Below are positions 35,501-50,500 of a DNA stretch of 64,000 bases, in pieces. This DNA comes from Catajapyx aquilonaris (Eukaryota). How positions within the stretch are numbered: position 1 is the first letter of the stretch; every line of letters begins with the position of its first letter. The stretch covers positions 1 to 64,000 of the forward strand of contig KZ538058.1 of NCBI GenBank assembly GCA_000934665.2, read 5' to 3'. The notes under the pieces were generated by a model, which did no database searches, was not told the origin of the DNA, and was given only the letters and a program-made list of their open reading frames with translations. The position numbers and the translations under genes are program-made.

Positions 35501-38500
35501 ATCCTAAGACATGGCGGCCGGTGGCTCGACCTTCCATCAGCACCAACCAGACACAACTCTGCATTACTAAAGCGCCGTCATCGGGTCGGCGGGGGCTGAG
35601 GTGGAAGGGGACACGATGCGTGAAGACAGATGTTGGCCAGTCTTTTTTTTCTCTCTCTCTAGCTCTAGGAGGCAATACTGAGGCAGGCCAAGGGCATTTT
35701 TCCGCGCAGGCATGCCATCTTGGGAGAAGACACTCAACTAGCATCACCTCCACTATATACCCACTGCACAATTCCCACGCTACCCACCCTCCCACCCACC
35801 ACACCCCTCTCGACGGACTAACCTACCCACTTTCAGGCCGCCAGCTGACAGCTCCCGCCTCCTCCACCAGAGGGTTCAACACGCCTCGAATCCGACTCAC
35901 TTTTCGACCCCCCCTCTACACATTCCGCCACTCCTCTTTTTCGCAATATTGCGGAGCGTGCGATGCTACTTCATCCATGGCGAACCCTCTTTTTTTGTGA
36001 GATCCCCCAAAAAATGGAGGAAGAAAACGCTAATTTGAGTGAGGGCAGTGTTTACCAAGCTGAAACAATGAGCCAGGAAAAATCTTAAAGGAGAATATTA
36101 CCATAATTTTAAAAGTCACCTGTTGCTAAAGTTCGGGATTGACGTCGTGTGTGACATTTACCATGTAAGGCTCTATGAAGTGGGGGGATACGTTTTGGTC
36201 GACACCACGACACTGACGCCCTCAACCCTGGCCGGCATTGCGCCGAATTTTTTTATTCTCCATGTGATTCATGCATGGCCAACCATGTTTGCGATCGATG
36301 CTGCTATACCCCCAGACGGCGTGATCTAACCAATTTTGGAATCATTTGTGTGTTATACATCACGCTTGAGGTGATGACGAAACGGCGCTCAAGAACTTTC
36401 TATTCATTATGGTCGTTGCACAATGTCAACTTTGCAGGAAGCACAGTTTTCACGTACACATGGGACACTTTGACACGTGCCGAGTTGGCAACACTCGCTC
36501 AAAAATAATGCACAGTATGTTATTTTTATACCCTTATATGTCCCCTGCCTTCCCCAACCATTCATTGGCTTGTATCGGGACTCGAGCAAACTTTGCTCCC
36601 ATGGATTTATCTTACATTTCCATATCTATCGTTATCACGCTTGTAGAGCATTCCTGTCAAGGATGGGTACACCACTTTTACTGCTGTACACCACAACAAG
36701 AGATACAACAGCGAAATGCCTAAAAGAAACAATTAAACTGCAATCGTGAAACTGGCTGACGTTAAACGCAGCCCAACTCCGTTTATTTCCATCGCCATAA
36801 AAACCACATGGCAGCACTTATCGAATCACTATGCCAATTACAGCAACGATGATTAGTGGAGTTCCTCACGCAAGTAGTAATGAAGCAATGGGTATTTTGT
36901 CCTATCATTTCGCGGACGGATTTCCCACAAAATGCACCCACATGAAAAAAGCCATGATACACTGCCTTTCTGCCAAATATTTATCGCGACATCTCCACAT
37001 GATATTCGACAGATCCGTGCTGCCAGCCACAAAATATCAAAGGTTAATGCCCTACATTTTTGCTCCGTACACTCGAACACTGGCCCTCCACAAAATGACG
37101 CCTCCATGAGAACTTTATACTCTCACGAAGAAGAAAAAAAAAAAATTACATCACGTTCATTGCGCCGAGTTTCTCAACAGTACGACCAAAATAAAACGGT
37201 TAACTTGTGTGCACGTGGAGCAGCCAGATATTTATCAAAGGACGCCATTGACACCATCGGATGGGGGTGAAACCCCGAGTATTTATTCCAGGACACGAGC
37301 TAACACCGCGTTTTGGGCATCACGTGCGGTATGTGCAGTATTGATCCACAACTGCTGCAACAATTAGACCTATCCACCCATTAGCTAATGAGAGCATCTG
37401 TGGCTTCACATAGGGAAGTTCATACTGGTACTTACACTGCACATGGCACCTGAAAACTTTTAGGAAAATTGCTGTACCCCGCGATATAGTGTCGTAACAT
37501 GCAATCCTATAACTGACTCGGCGTTCAAGCTTCCCAGCAGAGCGGTACACACAAAAAGTTTTACGTCTCTCTGGAGTTAAATTGTATCTTCGTCAGAGTA
37601 ACCATTGCTCGAGCGGAGTTTTCTCGAACAACGTCGTAACAACGTAGGATTAATTGATCTCCACTGTCGTAATTACGCGTGAGAGGACGGTACTTTTTTT
37701 AATTAGAGGCATTATCGTGATAAAACACACTTGATCTTGTTGACGTATACATCGTGGGCGCACTTTCAGTCTAAATTAACAGCTAAAAAAAAGTGTTGGG
37801 AAAACACTGCAGTACTCGTAAATACGTACGGGCGCAAATTACGGAGGAAATCTTCAACCATGTCGGATTTTCCATACGTATTCAGAGAGCTTCACTAATT
37901 TTACTTCGTACAACCAAACGACAAGTTGTACGAAAGCAAATTAGGGGATAAAAATCAGCCTTAAAACAGCAACACGGAGGAGCAATTAATTACTACAAGC
38001 AGATTCATGAGGCATAAAAGAGGCAATCCCATATAGCCTCCATTTATTTCTCAGTGATCACCTCCAGCTATTTTTTCCTTCGAGGCTTCAACCTGCTCCA
38101 AAAAGAGAGCGATCAAACGTTTTTCCTGAACCGTTATTGACGTACAGTATAGTTACTGTCTACCAAGTACAGTCTACAACTAGTCAAATAGGAGGGCATT
38201 GCACTCACGGCATCGGTCCGGTGACCAATCCACAATTCGGCTGATCCTGGGGTCATGGTTCGGAAAAAAGCAATGAAACGAACGCAAACTTCATAACTTA
38301 TTTACGTCCCAATCCGACCACCCCCGCGCCAGATGTCACCCCCAACCCTATTGTTATCCCCGGATCAACAATATGTGCCACTCTAGATGTCACTCGGATT
38401 CAGTCACGCTCCCTGGCGATAACAGGATCACACAGAGAGGGAGGGTAGGCCAGGGGGGTTGAACCTCCTTTTGCCACAACCTGTACAACGTGGCGAAAGA

Positions 38501-41500
38501 TGGCACTGGCCCTGACTTCCGTTCGGCTCATGTATAACGCGAGCCTTGAAAGTCTACGTAAGCTTCCTATTCCCCACCAATCTCTTCCGTCGGCACACAC
38601 AAAATGTCGGACAAGCCTAGGAGAGCGAGAGAGCAGGGGGGCGGAATGGTGGGAGAAAAAAAAAGTGGGGGAGCCCATCCCCAAACCCGCCGCTTTTCAG
38701 ACGGGCATGCACAATATCGACCCGGCGTGATCATGATCCGGCCGGGGTCACATTCGCTAAAATCCGGATTGTGCGATTATTCAGTGGCGGGCCCTTTCCT
38801 GGACGTTTCCTTATTGATTGTTCTTGGTAGCCGTGAGAGACAAGCTCTGCACCATCTCTAGCCTCTCTCTCTCTCTCTCTTTACCCGAAACCCCGCTCTC
38901 TTCCCCCCTTCCTATAACCCCACCCACATCAGGGCACAAACGCAGTCACCCCGGCCGGCCCCGACTTGGAGCTCAGCTTTTGCCCCCACCTCACCCCGCC
39001 CCCGCCTCCCACCTTCCCACCCCCTCGCGCCTCTCAAAGCCTTCCGCAGATACAGTACTTTGGGGCCAAGTGGAAAACTAGGGAGGGCTCCCCACAGGGC
39101 TTCAAGGCACGCGACTTCCATCGAATACGATATCCTCTCCTGCGCTCTCTCTCCAGAGATGCCTTCTCCTCCATCCCCTCTCTGTACGGGGTCTCCCTAC
39201 ACACCCACCCACGACTTCTGCCCTTTATCCCCAACATCCGCTTTGATCAACTCGTCAGTTCGCATACCATGGGATCGAACTCAGGTCCGTACAGGTGTGG
39301 CGGCCTACTGACAATATTTCGCTCATTTTTTTTTCATCCCCATAAGTTCAACCAGAAGGCTAACCCTCAGGGGGCAAATGCGTCAAACTAATCATGGTTC
39401 CCGTCAGGCAGCCTCCCCGCATAATCCTGAACTTAAATGTAACCCAGGGCTCCTAAACTCGTTCAGGGTTCGGCATTAGCGGATCAAGTGCGCTTCGAAA
39501 TGCTTAATGAAACACATTATTGCACCTACAAGTCAAGGTGTGAATTTTGCAGGTATGTAGATGCCTTCCCGGATATGCGGTGTAATACACTCTGTACTAT
39601 ATGAGACCGACACCAACACCACAGCTCACCGATATCAGGTAAAGCCTGTCAATTATGTAAAATGGCAATGGGACCTTCACGCTACGTTTTAGACAGCCCT
39701 TCACTATAGGTATAGAGGAAATAAATACTGCACAAGATTCATGTACAATTTCGGGGCAGGTCTTGTCTTCATTGCAATCAACCAAGTGCATCCTGCTTCA
39801 GAATAAATTGAATTATTGCGCTAATTCGTTGCCCGAGATATTAAAATAAGAGTAACGACCTCAGGTCCTTTCCTGCATCGCATAAAATTTTAAATGCGCG
39901 CTGCGCAGTTGGACTATCCTAGGGACGAAACCATGAACGCATTACTCTTCCGCACAATAGTCGAGCTCTAGAACTACTAATTTCACATCACATCAAAGCA
40001 TAGCTTCATTTGTCTCACTTTACCATTGACTGTAGAGTCATTGGAAGAGACTTGTCACCCTTTGATTAACTTGTCCAAGATTATGGGAAATTATCGTAAG
40101 TAACCAGTTTGTTCGCAATTTCTTCCCGAAGGAAGGGGACGGGGGCTTGGTTTGGTGAAATTGGAGCATGTTATTGTGTAACTTACTCTAAGATATATCA
40201 TGAAAGAAAGAAGAAGAGAAAACTCGAAAGGAGGGTTCAGCCCTCTTAAATCCACCCCCTTGCCCTTCCACCCTCTCTTCCGCCACTGCATCCTAAGTAA
40301 TCAACTTTTCTTGTTTGGGTAAACATCCTCCAATATTACTAGTTTCCTTTCTGAAACCTCGTTTCGTTGGACGTAGGTGCATTTTCTAAATACATCCGGA
40401 GAGACCTATATACCGGTGTGATTTTGTACACTTCAGTGTATTCGTGTGCTTCCATGTGTTAATTTCCGCTTAATTACTTAATGGTTAGTAAATGAATAAT
40501 AACCTGGAGACAGTTCTTCGCCCTACTATTATAGTGGTTTACGCTGTTAATACGATTCATTGCTGGAAAAGCCCTCTAACCAGTGATGTGAGGATAAACA
40601 CGCTCCATCTTTTCCTATAGAATACATCTAGCCAATTTATCATGAGTACTTAATAAAAGTAATTGATGGAATTTACGTGCAAAGTAATTCACATCCCCAC
40701 ACCTTGACGTTATGATTAGAACGCAAGATATTACGTGACTTTGGTCATTACTTACTCTCCGAAAACGCCATTATCTACACCTATATTAAACATTCTTTAA
40801 AACAATTACGGTGAATAAGTACACAAATATGCTGAACAGTACACACATTCAAACAGCCACTGGCTTCGGTTATTTATGTTGTTTTACAGCAGCGTGTTAA
40901 ATTTTTTGGAGAGCAACTGTGCAATAATTTAAGCGTAACCTTTGCTAGCCCAGCACTCACCGTGATTGTTTCGTCGTTTCCCCATTTATAACCCAATAAG
41001 GATATACCTGCTCGTCAACAATGTCAATAGAATCTGAATTAGAGATATCCTATATCTTTGCGCAAACCAATAGCGTTCAGGTAATGTTATGCCTCAGTGA
41101 ACATAATAACCCATCACTGCAAGATAATAGGTCTATAAGAAAGGTTTACGAAGACAGTTATCATCATTTACTAATTATGAAGCAATCAAATGAAACTTGT
41201 CAACTTGTCTTCTTCTCCAACGTTGTTTCGTGGATGAATTCGAAACTTCCTTTGGACTTGTAATGAAAGAGTGAAGCATTTCAGGGTCCAAAAGTAAGAG
41301 CCGCCTCCCTCTAAAGAGAGTAATTCTTCGCGTTATTAAACTCTAAGGGGCCATTTGCAAATTTTAGTCACCCACTTTATAGAGAAGTCTCCAACTGAGC
41401 ATGACTTGTGAACGTGAGAGTGTATCAAGTGTCACTCTGTCATGTGCTGGGATACGACGCCCAAGAAAACAAAACCATTGAATTCGACGATCAAGAAACA

Positions 41501-44500
41501 CATCAGGCATTATAGGCAGAATTACACATGAATGCACACTTCAGTGGCACGTAAGCAAACACAATCTTTCAGCAGGCTTACTTGGATATTCACTGCAAAG
41601 GGACGGAAAGGTCAATCAGTGTATCGGACACAAAATACATGTGTGGCCATATCGACGATGACCAAATGATTACTGCACGCCTGAGCTGCTCTACAATTTT
41701 GGGGCGGTGTTGTATTGCTTTCGATTGCTTGGGCACTTATATTCCGCCCTTCTGGATCAATGCCTATGCAAGTTTATTCAAGAATACACGTTCTGTGGTA
41801 CATGTGACAATGAAATTATCATTGAGATATAACATTCTTTCATATGATAACATATACTTTTTAGACATTACATCATATTAAATTGTTCTGCATATACATC
41901 AGAGAGGAGAATCTGACACTTTCGGTACACTATATGAGCGTTTTCCTTGACACTGCACTGTTATAAAGATATTGCTCATTGAAAGCCATTTCGAGCATGC
42001 GTAAGGCTGTGGCGCTAACCACTACATCACGACCATGGCGCTCTTCTAACAGTAAGGGTCCACTGCTTTTTACAACAAACAAAGCGACCTCTATTTCTTC
42101 GGAGATATTTACTGACAAACCTATATGTAACAAGCCATTTTTGAAGTTTCTGCCTACATTAGAAATAGGTAAAAGCGAGGTGTATACCTGTCGTATTTTA
42201 ATGAAATCAAATCCCCCAGTCGTAATTAATTGTGGCACAACTTTCGGATCAAAACGTCCCCGGACAAGCCTTCAATTTTTCCCTGCTGACCACTGGGCTG
42301 TAATCAAGTGCCTCAAGTGGGCCAACGACAATGGCAATTAGGGATTTCGCAACATCAAGTCACGCATTAAGACACGCCCTGCACACAGTTTGTGACACTG
42401 CAAATCCTCAGTTCTTACTTCCACGTGCAAATAGCCCCAACCACAGCATCATTTTCACTTAGAGCTTCCCCCTCTAATTTTTTTTCCAGCAATTCAATTA
42501 ATCCTGGTCATTCCATCAGGCCCGGAGACTTTCCCCCTGATGGGAGGCTGCGATGTGTGAATATTCTGTCCGGCTCCTCCCCTCCCTGTTTCCCTTCCTC
42601 CCTTCCCCGCCTCCCCTTGCAGCAGGGCAACAGATCGATCTGTAGAGAGAGGCTTGACGTGATAATGCAACAAGTCGGTGAAGCGGAGCCGTAACGAACT
42701 GTACCACTTCCACCGGATCCCAGGCTACTCGTCAGAACGAGGCCTCGTCGAGAGCACATCCAACACCATCCACCAGAGGGGGGCACCGCCATCATGCCCA
42801 CCAGTGCTCTCAACAGCACCGCTCTCCAGAGAAACTTCCTTCCAACCCTTTTATATACACACAGAGAGACCACCCACCTCATTATAAGACGTGTCTTTTG
42901 TCACCCCCGGGTTGACACCGGAACAACACATAACCCTGTTTTATTTTTCACGGGGTGAGGATATCGCTTTCGGGGGGGATAGTTTGGTTGGAAGGGTGGG
43001 TATATATGGCAGGGAGGGGGATCACAACACGGGGCTCCATTTCCATTAGCGTGTGCTCACCGCAAACTCATTTAACAATTCACCGCTTTGATTGTTAGGC
43101 CCTTTGTGCAGGCTCTTCCGCGCAACTAAGCCGCGATCAATCATTTCCAAAAAATACTGATTTATTATCAGTTCAAACTTATTGGCCTCATAAATAAATT
43201 AGCGATCCTGATGACATGTGGCGCCGGGGTGGTCGCTCATCAACTTCGTGATAGCATAATTTAACCCGGTGTTTAAAGAGTACACATTTCGCATTGGCAT
43301 CGTCCACGATTTTTTTTAAATAGTCCCGGACAGTGCACAGAGTTAATATTTAAATACGATGCTAATCAGTATGACAGTGCGAAATAAGACGTCACAGTTT
43401 CATGAGGATGAAGCGGACCTCCCTGGTCGTGGCATTTTGGCAGCCATTGTGGCCCGCGATACATATAGCATTACCGCGGTATCGGCCTTAAAATCAATAC
43501 ATCCGAATTACAGCTGAATGCGGATACCATTTTAAATATTAATTTCAACCAGTTGAAAGGAGCCTTGTTGCTGCTTTTCCATGTAGCTTATGTGGTTCTC
43601 CTGTACCTCAAAACACGATATTGCATGGTGCAGGTCACTATGGCTCTAATGCATACCTATAGATTTGGATAAGCAACATATATCACCTCTGCACACTATT
43701 ATGAAGTGTTTATGACGTTAGTGTGGTTATTGCGAGTTACCGTCGCACTGCAAAAATCAGCCATAGTCGCCCTTTCATGTCCTAAGCCCTACTTTGATTG
43801 CCTTTAAAACTTCGTTTTTATGGGCTGAAGCTGACACTTGGCGTGGTTGAAACCTGTCGTAACCAGCGTTTTAAAGCTTCTCATTTTTAGAAAAAAAAAG
43901 AGTCAACCTGTCCCTCGTTACTTTAAGTACCTTTATTGACTCCAGCCTACCTTTTATTTCAAGCACTCAAAATTCTCAGTAATTTCCAAAATCATTTAAA
44001 TATGCTTACATAAGTGGTTGAATGTTCATGGAATAAATGATTAAAAGTACTTTCCAGGAGACCCGAACACTGCAGATACTGCCAATTGCAAAATTAGCCA
44101 CACTCGCTTGCAAGACCCTTGTAGAATATTCTGCAGTGGGCGTGGTCTCGTAGGGCATTGCCACTATACGCCCACTCTTCCCTGTAGTATCCCCTGTTTT
44201 AGGTGCGTCACATCCTCCAAACTACGCAGATCATACAAATGTATCCTTTAATTTAATATAAGCTCGGTCGTACTTGACTACCGCGAATTCATTACAAGTA
44301 GTTGTTCTTTGCAAAATATCTATATATCGTGTTTACCACGAGAAAAGTTATCATAGTAATATATACCTAACCAATCATGTGTGCTTGGGATTTTAATATC
44401 TCCATGAACTTGAAATAGTTCCCCAAAAATTGTCGTTGAATTAGTTTCAATACCAAAATTTTCATTCTTCCTACTAATAGATATAATGGTGCCACATGTA

Positions 44501-47500
44501 TTCGGTATTTTTACTATTTTACGCTATATCATGCAACCTTACCTCAAGCCTCTCGACTACACAAATTATAATTAACGGTAAAGTAATTCACTGCGTGTAT
44601 CCCATATTATCATAGAAGTATCATATTACCGCGTTACTATACATAGCTACAAAGTAATCAACTGCAATGCCGATCTAACAGTAAGCAAAAGAAGCCCCTG
44701 GCTCCAAGTGGCTGAATAACCTGCTATGCATGACACCATGCCTATATGCTTTGCAATGCCTCCATCATTAGTTTCTAGGTCATATTATCTTACGATGGAA
44801 TGTGTACAACTCGAAAAACTATGGCGTCAAATCTCAAGGAAAGATCAGTATTCAGTACCGCATGGCCTACGATATCTGCGACCAGCCTTGATATCGTGTT
44901 ATGTAGGGATGTAGCCTGGAGGCATACCGATGAAGTTAAGGCTAATCCTTTCACTCACAACTTCTGTTTATTAAAGAATCGAACAATACTGTACTATTCG
45001 CTGTATCAAAATTCGGATTACTTATCATAAAACAGTAGCATTAACACCTCGGTTAACACTATACTGACACTTGTAAGTGATGTCAACATTGTAGGCCTTT
45101 TACTTCGTGGAATAAAACTTGAAACGTCGTTGGAACGAAACAGGTCGTTACAACTCCAGAGAAAAGGTTCAAAGAAAAAGCAACTATCCAATAATGTCGC
45201 AAAATATCGGGCAACGTGCGTCACGAAACATTATCTGGGTCATATAAACGTGCGCTTATAAGTTATCTTGATAATGGTTTTCCCGGATGTCTGCCATACT
45301 TTCATCAGCGTGAATTTGTTAAAGCTGGCATATTTCAGTGAGCAAGTAGCCTAACTAATCCGGTGCAGTACTTGCCAACAGTTGGGTCGTTCACGTGTGT
45401 CTTCCAAAGTCAATAATTGTTAAATTCTAAGCTATATTAAACGTTGTGACTGTGTGCCCGAAAATATTTTCCGGCCAAATACCAGCCAGGAATTAATCAT
45501 CGCGTCGCGTAGCTGCTCCGTAGAATAGAGCGGTGTATCAGTTCTGAAATATCTCGGTCGTACGGACGACCTTGGTGGAAGTTCGCACTGCGAAGTGGGC
45601 AATTCAATAACACAGCTCAAAGGCTATAATATCACAGAAGTCGGAACTTTTGTTCCGCCTCGCGCTTAATTTCACATTCCGGATGGAGGGATCTCGCCAT
45701 TTTGCTTCTCGGAATATTTCGCTGCTCTCCTACCTTGGGCTAATGATCATTTCTCGAGAAGAGGTGTCGCATCCGAAAACTCGCTTAGCACATTATTACG
45801 CCTCATGTATGATTTATGGGCGCTCTCTTGCCAAAGGCACTTGGCCATCACCTCCAGAACCAAAACATGTATGCGTGACTTCCTCCGACTGATGCAAAAG
45901 TACAATATTTTATTAATTTATTCATCAGGCCATACACGATCGACCCGAGAGCCTCATACAGGTGGCGCCTAATGCACTGATCCCTGGGAAAAGTGCATTT
46001 TTTCTCAGGCAAGGCCATGATGCATCGACTTGACGTATACGCAAGTGTTCATAAATACTGCCCGACACAATGCAAACGAGCCATGGCAGCCTCGGCTGAA
46101 TAATATGTTGGTGGGATCGAGCGATACGTCGCTATCGGTAAGATTATTCGGGTGCAAAAATATTGTACGGCTGGTATATCACTATCAAGGCCGACACAGC
46201 GCTGCCTTATCAGACGCTGCAATTATCACTCTCTCTTTTTTTTTTGTAATGAACCCCAGCCGGAGATGGAAGCTGGCACACAACCGAACCACGAGAAAAT
46301 ATTCGTTGCGTGCGATAACAAGTGGGACGAAGCTCGCTTTTTCCACGGGATGCACTTGTGCTTTTTATCACCCTTTTCTGCCAGGCCATAGTATAACTAC
46401 TGGTTAGAACTGTAGCCGAGGGGGAGAAGAGGGAGGAGGGGGGGAAACGGCAGGCGCCCACGCCTATACAGGCCGAGTCCAGACCTACTCAATCCATCAG
46501 GTAGCCTCGCCTGGGAGAGAAAACGAAAGGACGACATGGTGGGGTGGAAGCGCCAGTCTTCTCACGTCCCTATGCATTCGATGGTTGCGAGAGAGAGGCA
46601 GGCAGGCAGGGGCAGAGAGGGTGGCAGGTGGAGGGGAGATGGGGGCAGGGGGGGAGGAAAAGCGCATCGATATCTCCCCAACCGGGCGCAATGGCCGACC
46701 GAGAGACCGACTGACTCACTGCACACTTTCTAGGGTCCGAATATTGTCCGTCCCCCTACCTGTACACACCTCCGGTGACCTCCCGGGCACCTGCACAGCC
46801 AAGGCCATAAGGTTGAACCCAAATGGTAATCCCACAGACCGAAGAATGTGTGTGTGCTCGACGAACTTATTCTCTGGGCTGCCGATTCCACTCCAGAGAG
46901 CGCGTGTGCACGGGTTGGGAAAAGAGAGGTTTACAGGGGTGTGCTGGAGGGTATGCCGAGGAGTTTCTGACCTTGGAGTAGGGGTGGGGAGGTCGACGGG
47001 GAGGAGGAGGAGGGGGTGGCTGCAAATGCTCCCTAACATATTTCCGTGGTTGTCGCGCCAGGGGTGGGTGGGTGGATAGTGGTGGGAGGGCAGCCTGGCT
47101 CGATCGATTGCCATACGGGACTTCCATACGTCAAAAGGGCGACTACATTGACACACCGGCCACCCAACAATGCTCCCGAAATACGCCCGGGTCCTAGTAT
47201 TACGAATATATCAGATTTTATTTTTTGGAGTCGGTCCATCCCCTGCCGGCCGTGCCCTCCCATCCAAATGTGCGATAGAGGGTGTCAAGGAAGGGAAACA
47301 CGATCCCTTATCCATTAACCGGATGTTGAGTCAACTAACCAAGTGGCCTCTCCTCTTTCTCCCTGAACTATTTACAGTTCGCCATGCTTATTATACCGCG
47401 CAGAGGAAGGAGGACTCCCCCCCAACCAGCCAACCTCCCCTTGCCCCGTGCACGCCTGGCAGGTATGCAACACAACATACCCATCAGCAATGTGGGTTGC

Positions 47501-50500
47501 CCACAGGCCAGGATACCATGTGCTGGGGGAAAAAACCGCTCTCGGGTGTGTGCAGATTGTAAAACGTGGAACTTACTTGCGCCCCCTCCCAAGCGATGTT
47601 CCGACATTGTCAGCTCCTTTTCGTCTTCCCGCTCTCTTTTGTTTTTTTGTTACATCCGTCTGTCCTCAGGATTGATGTCTGCTCCACGAACCCGGCCGAT
47701 TACTGCAACCAGACAAGGTGTGGGTGTCAGACCAAAAGTGCATCAAGTCGCCATGTTAGTGGGGTAGAAAAAGCCAGGCCAGGAGAGTGATCACTATGCT
47801 CTAGCGCCTAATGGCGAGATGTGGAATCAGAGGTTGCAAAAGTGGGGGAGAGAAGGTTTCACAGCGAAAGTCCAGCAGCGAGGTCTGACAGCTGGATTCA
47901 TTATTCATGCGTATTTATCGATTACATACACCGCAATAGTAAAATATCCGGGGCCCCAGATATTTGCGTTCTGCCGACAACTACACACACTGCAATGACG
48001 CTTCACGTGCTTCACTCTATCAAGCGAAACCCTGTGATGTAACGTGTTTTACCACTACACGTTGTACAACTCTGCCCCGGCAAATTGCGCATTGCCTCAG
48101 TACAGTTTTGTGAAAAATTATTCGGTTTACGTACTCAAGTTACACCTGCAGAATGCACCGTACAGGCACTATTGATTATCCACTAGTCTGGATTACCACT
48201 GTTCCGCCTAGACTATTAAATATTTCACAACTAAATGCACTCCGAAGCTTTCGTTTCATTTTAACGATGCCGAATACTGTAGTACAGGTCTGCATTATAG
48301 AGGCGAATCTACACTGGCCCCGAAATATTTACTTCTCTTTTTTTTTTTGCCAGCAAACAACCCATTGTGCCGTCAACCGTGGGAAAAAATGGCTGGATGC
48401 TAAGGCGTAAAAGAATCGGCTTGGCAGCGTTCCCTTCTTCCTGACATATTTGCAGTAGCCAGAAAATAAATGCATCAAGCAAAGTCCAACGCACGCACCA
48501 GGAAATGAGGACATCCCGCTCCAAACTTTTCTCTATGCGTAAGCAATCCACATACTTTCAAGCAAGACCATGCCGTCCTTGCTGCAATCCAAGACATGTC
48601 GAAAATAATTATTCCACCCCTTTCTAGTTAAGCCTCACTTTACGATAGAGGTTAATCATGACAACTATCGGCCATGACACCAAATAACTTATTCACTGGC
48701 GCTTCGCGACGGTACGTAGCACGGGGGTGTGTTTCATCTTGTGACGGGTTTCATTCATTAAAATTTAATACAACTGAAGCACCAGATCTTAAAACTAATC
48801 ATGTTATTTCTCTTTCTCATGATTATGCAGGTCATTCGGTATTAACGTCATTGCACCTTCCCATGAGCTGATGAATGAAACCACATCAGGCATAAGCTGA
48901 ATTAGGCAACCTTGGATGACTTAAACAGAGTTATATGACTTGTCGTAAGTCTCAGGACGCGGATTAAGTATCGCATCCTGTACGTTGGCCTATACTTAGC
49001 ATCCTAATAATTTTGTCAAATTCGCCGAGTCGTCCTGCTGTGCAGCATCAACACAATCTATTTACACCAAGGCCGATTCATGACCAATTACACTTCTCGT
49101 ATTTATAAATTCCACTGCTTTTAACAGTAACACCAGCCAATGTAAATTCTTTCATTCATTATCGGGTGCTAATGGAGCCAATTACGTCCTCCGCATGTTG
49201 TATACTTACAGGAATGAATAAAGCAGTGATATATGCTATAGCGTATATGATGGTGACTACTACATAAAAGCCCTTAGCACCACTGGCATTAATTTTTAGC
49301 AACGAGTCATTTTCGGAATTGCGCACTCGTATATAAAACCCGACACAAAAAGTGGCACGACAAAAGACCTGATACTTCCCCTACTAATTTGGAAACAAGC
49401 TTCCCGGGAGCCACCGAAGAGAAGCAAAAATAGAAGTGTGTATCGACCGCCATAAATTCCTTAAGACTCGTGGCGAAGTGGAATCTCCTCCAGCTAGATG
49501 AACCATTCACCCACCAGCTGTCGACTCTTTCGCCTAGTCAAGGTGCCGTGGGTCATCATGCCCAGATTATCGCCGGATTTTTAAAAAAACATGTCTAAGT
49601 TGACAAAGATCCAAAAAAGGTGATCAGTAATGCATGATTTTCCTGTGCATGTCTCGCAAAAGGAAATCGGTATATTTGGATGCTCCGGTGAGTCTCCTCT
49701 ACCGGTAATGCCTTTCTTGCGGCATTGCAATTGATCACTTCCAGTATTGCGCATTTGTAGACATTGATCTGGCTGAATCTATCACCACGAGCGCCGCCGA
49801 CATGGGAGGTCGCCATGGCGCCTACAGCTCCCAGGCTCATAGTCATCATTCCCTATCTCCCACCCCCAACCTTCTTCGGCTCAATACTGCATCGCATTTT
49901 CCGCTGCCTTGCTGCTGCTCAAACCGAACCGAGTGAAAAGCCCTATCGCAGCTTTGTTACCTGAATTCACTTTTTTTTTTCGCGCTCACGTTCCAGATCA
50001 CTATTCAATTGCTGTCTCGAGTAGGTCTCTATAAATACGGTTATACGAATATTTTATAAACATAACTGATTGTTCAATTTTGCTATTGCAGGCCACCAAA
50101 GAAAGCTGCATGATGTATGACAAAATCCATGAAATCACTGAACCGCTTATGTTTATTCCATCCAGAACGAACCCTGTCTTCCAAAATCCTGTATACTATA
50201 ACGAGCCAATGGCATCGTATCACTGCATGTGTATACCATATAGTTCCAGAATTATAGACCTACCATTCGGTTGAACATTTTTCCATTCTCTAGCCAAGAA
50301 ACTACTACGTGTCAAAAATAATGATCTACAGAAATTCAGGTGTGTCCACCTTCAAGGCACTGTACGACAGCATGCACATAAATATCTAATGTTATAACTA
50401 CGCTATGATTTACAGATCTATAACGCCAATGGTTCTTTTGGATGTCTTACGAGAAGTCACGCACCAAATAAGCATTTATAAAGTGGACGAGTGCCACACA

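Noticed and set aside
41930..42238. Peptide ALFVVKSSGPLLLEERHGRD resembling the end of a Gypsy aspartic protease
   Set aside because: No DTGA motif, RT, integrase or LTRs seen; too weak without a search.
45470..45560. Peptide PLYSTEQLRDAMINSW resembling a Tc1 transposase C-terminus
   Set aside because: Too short; no SPDLNPIE motif or TIRs found.
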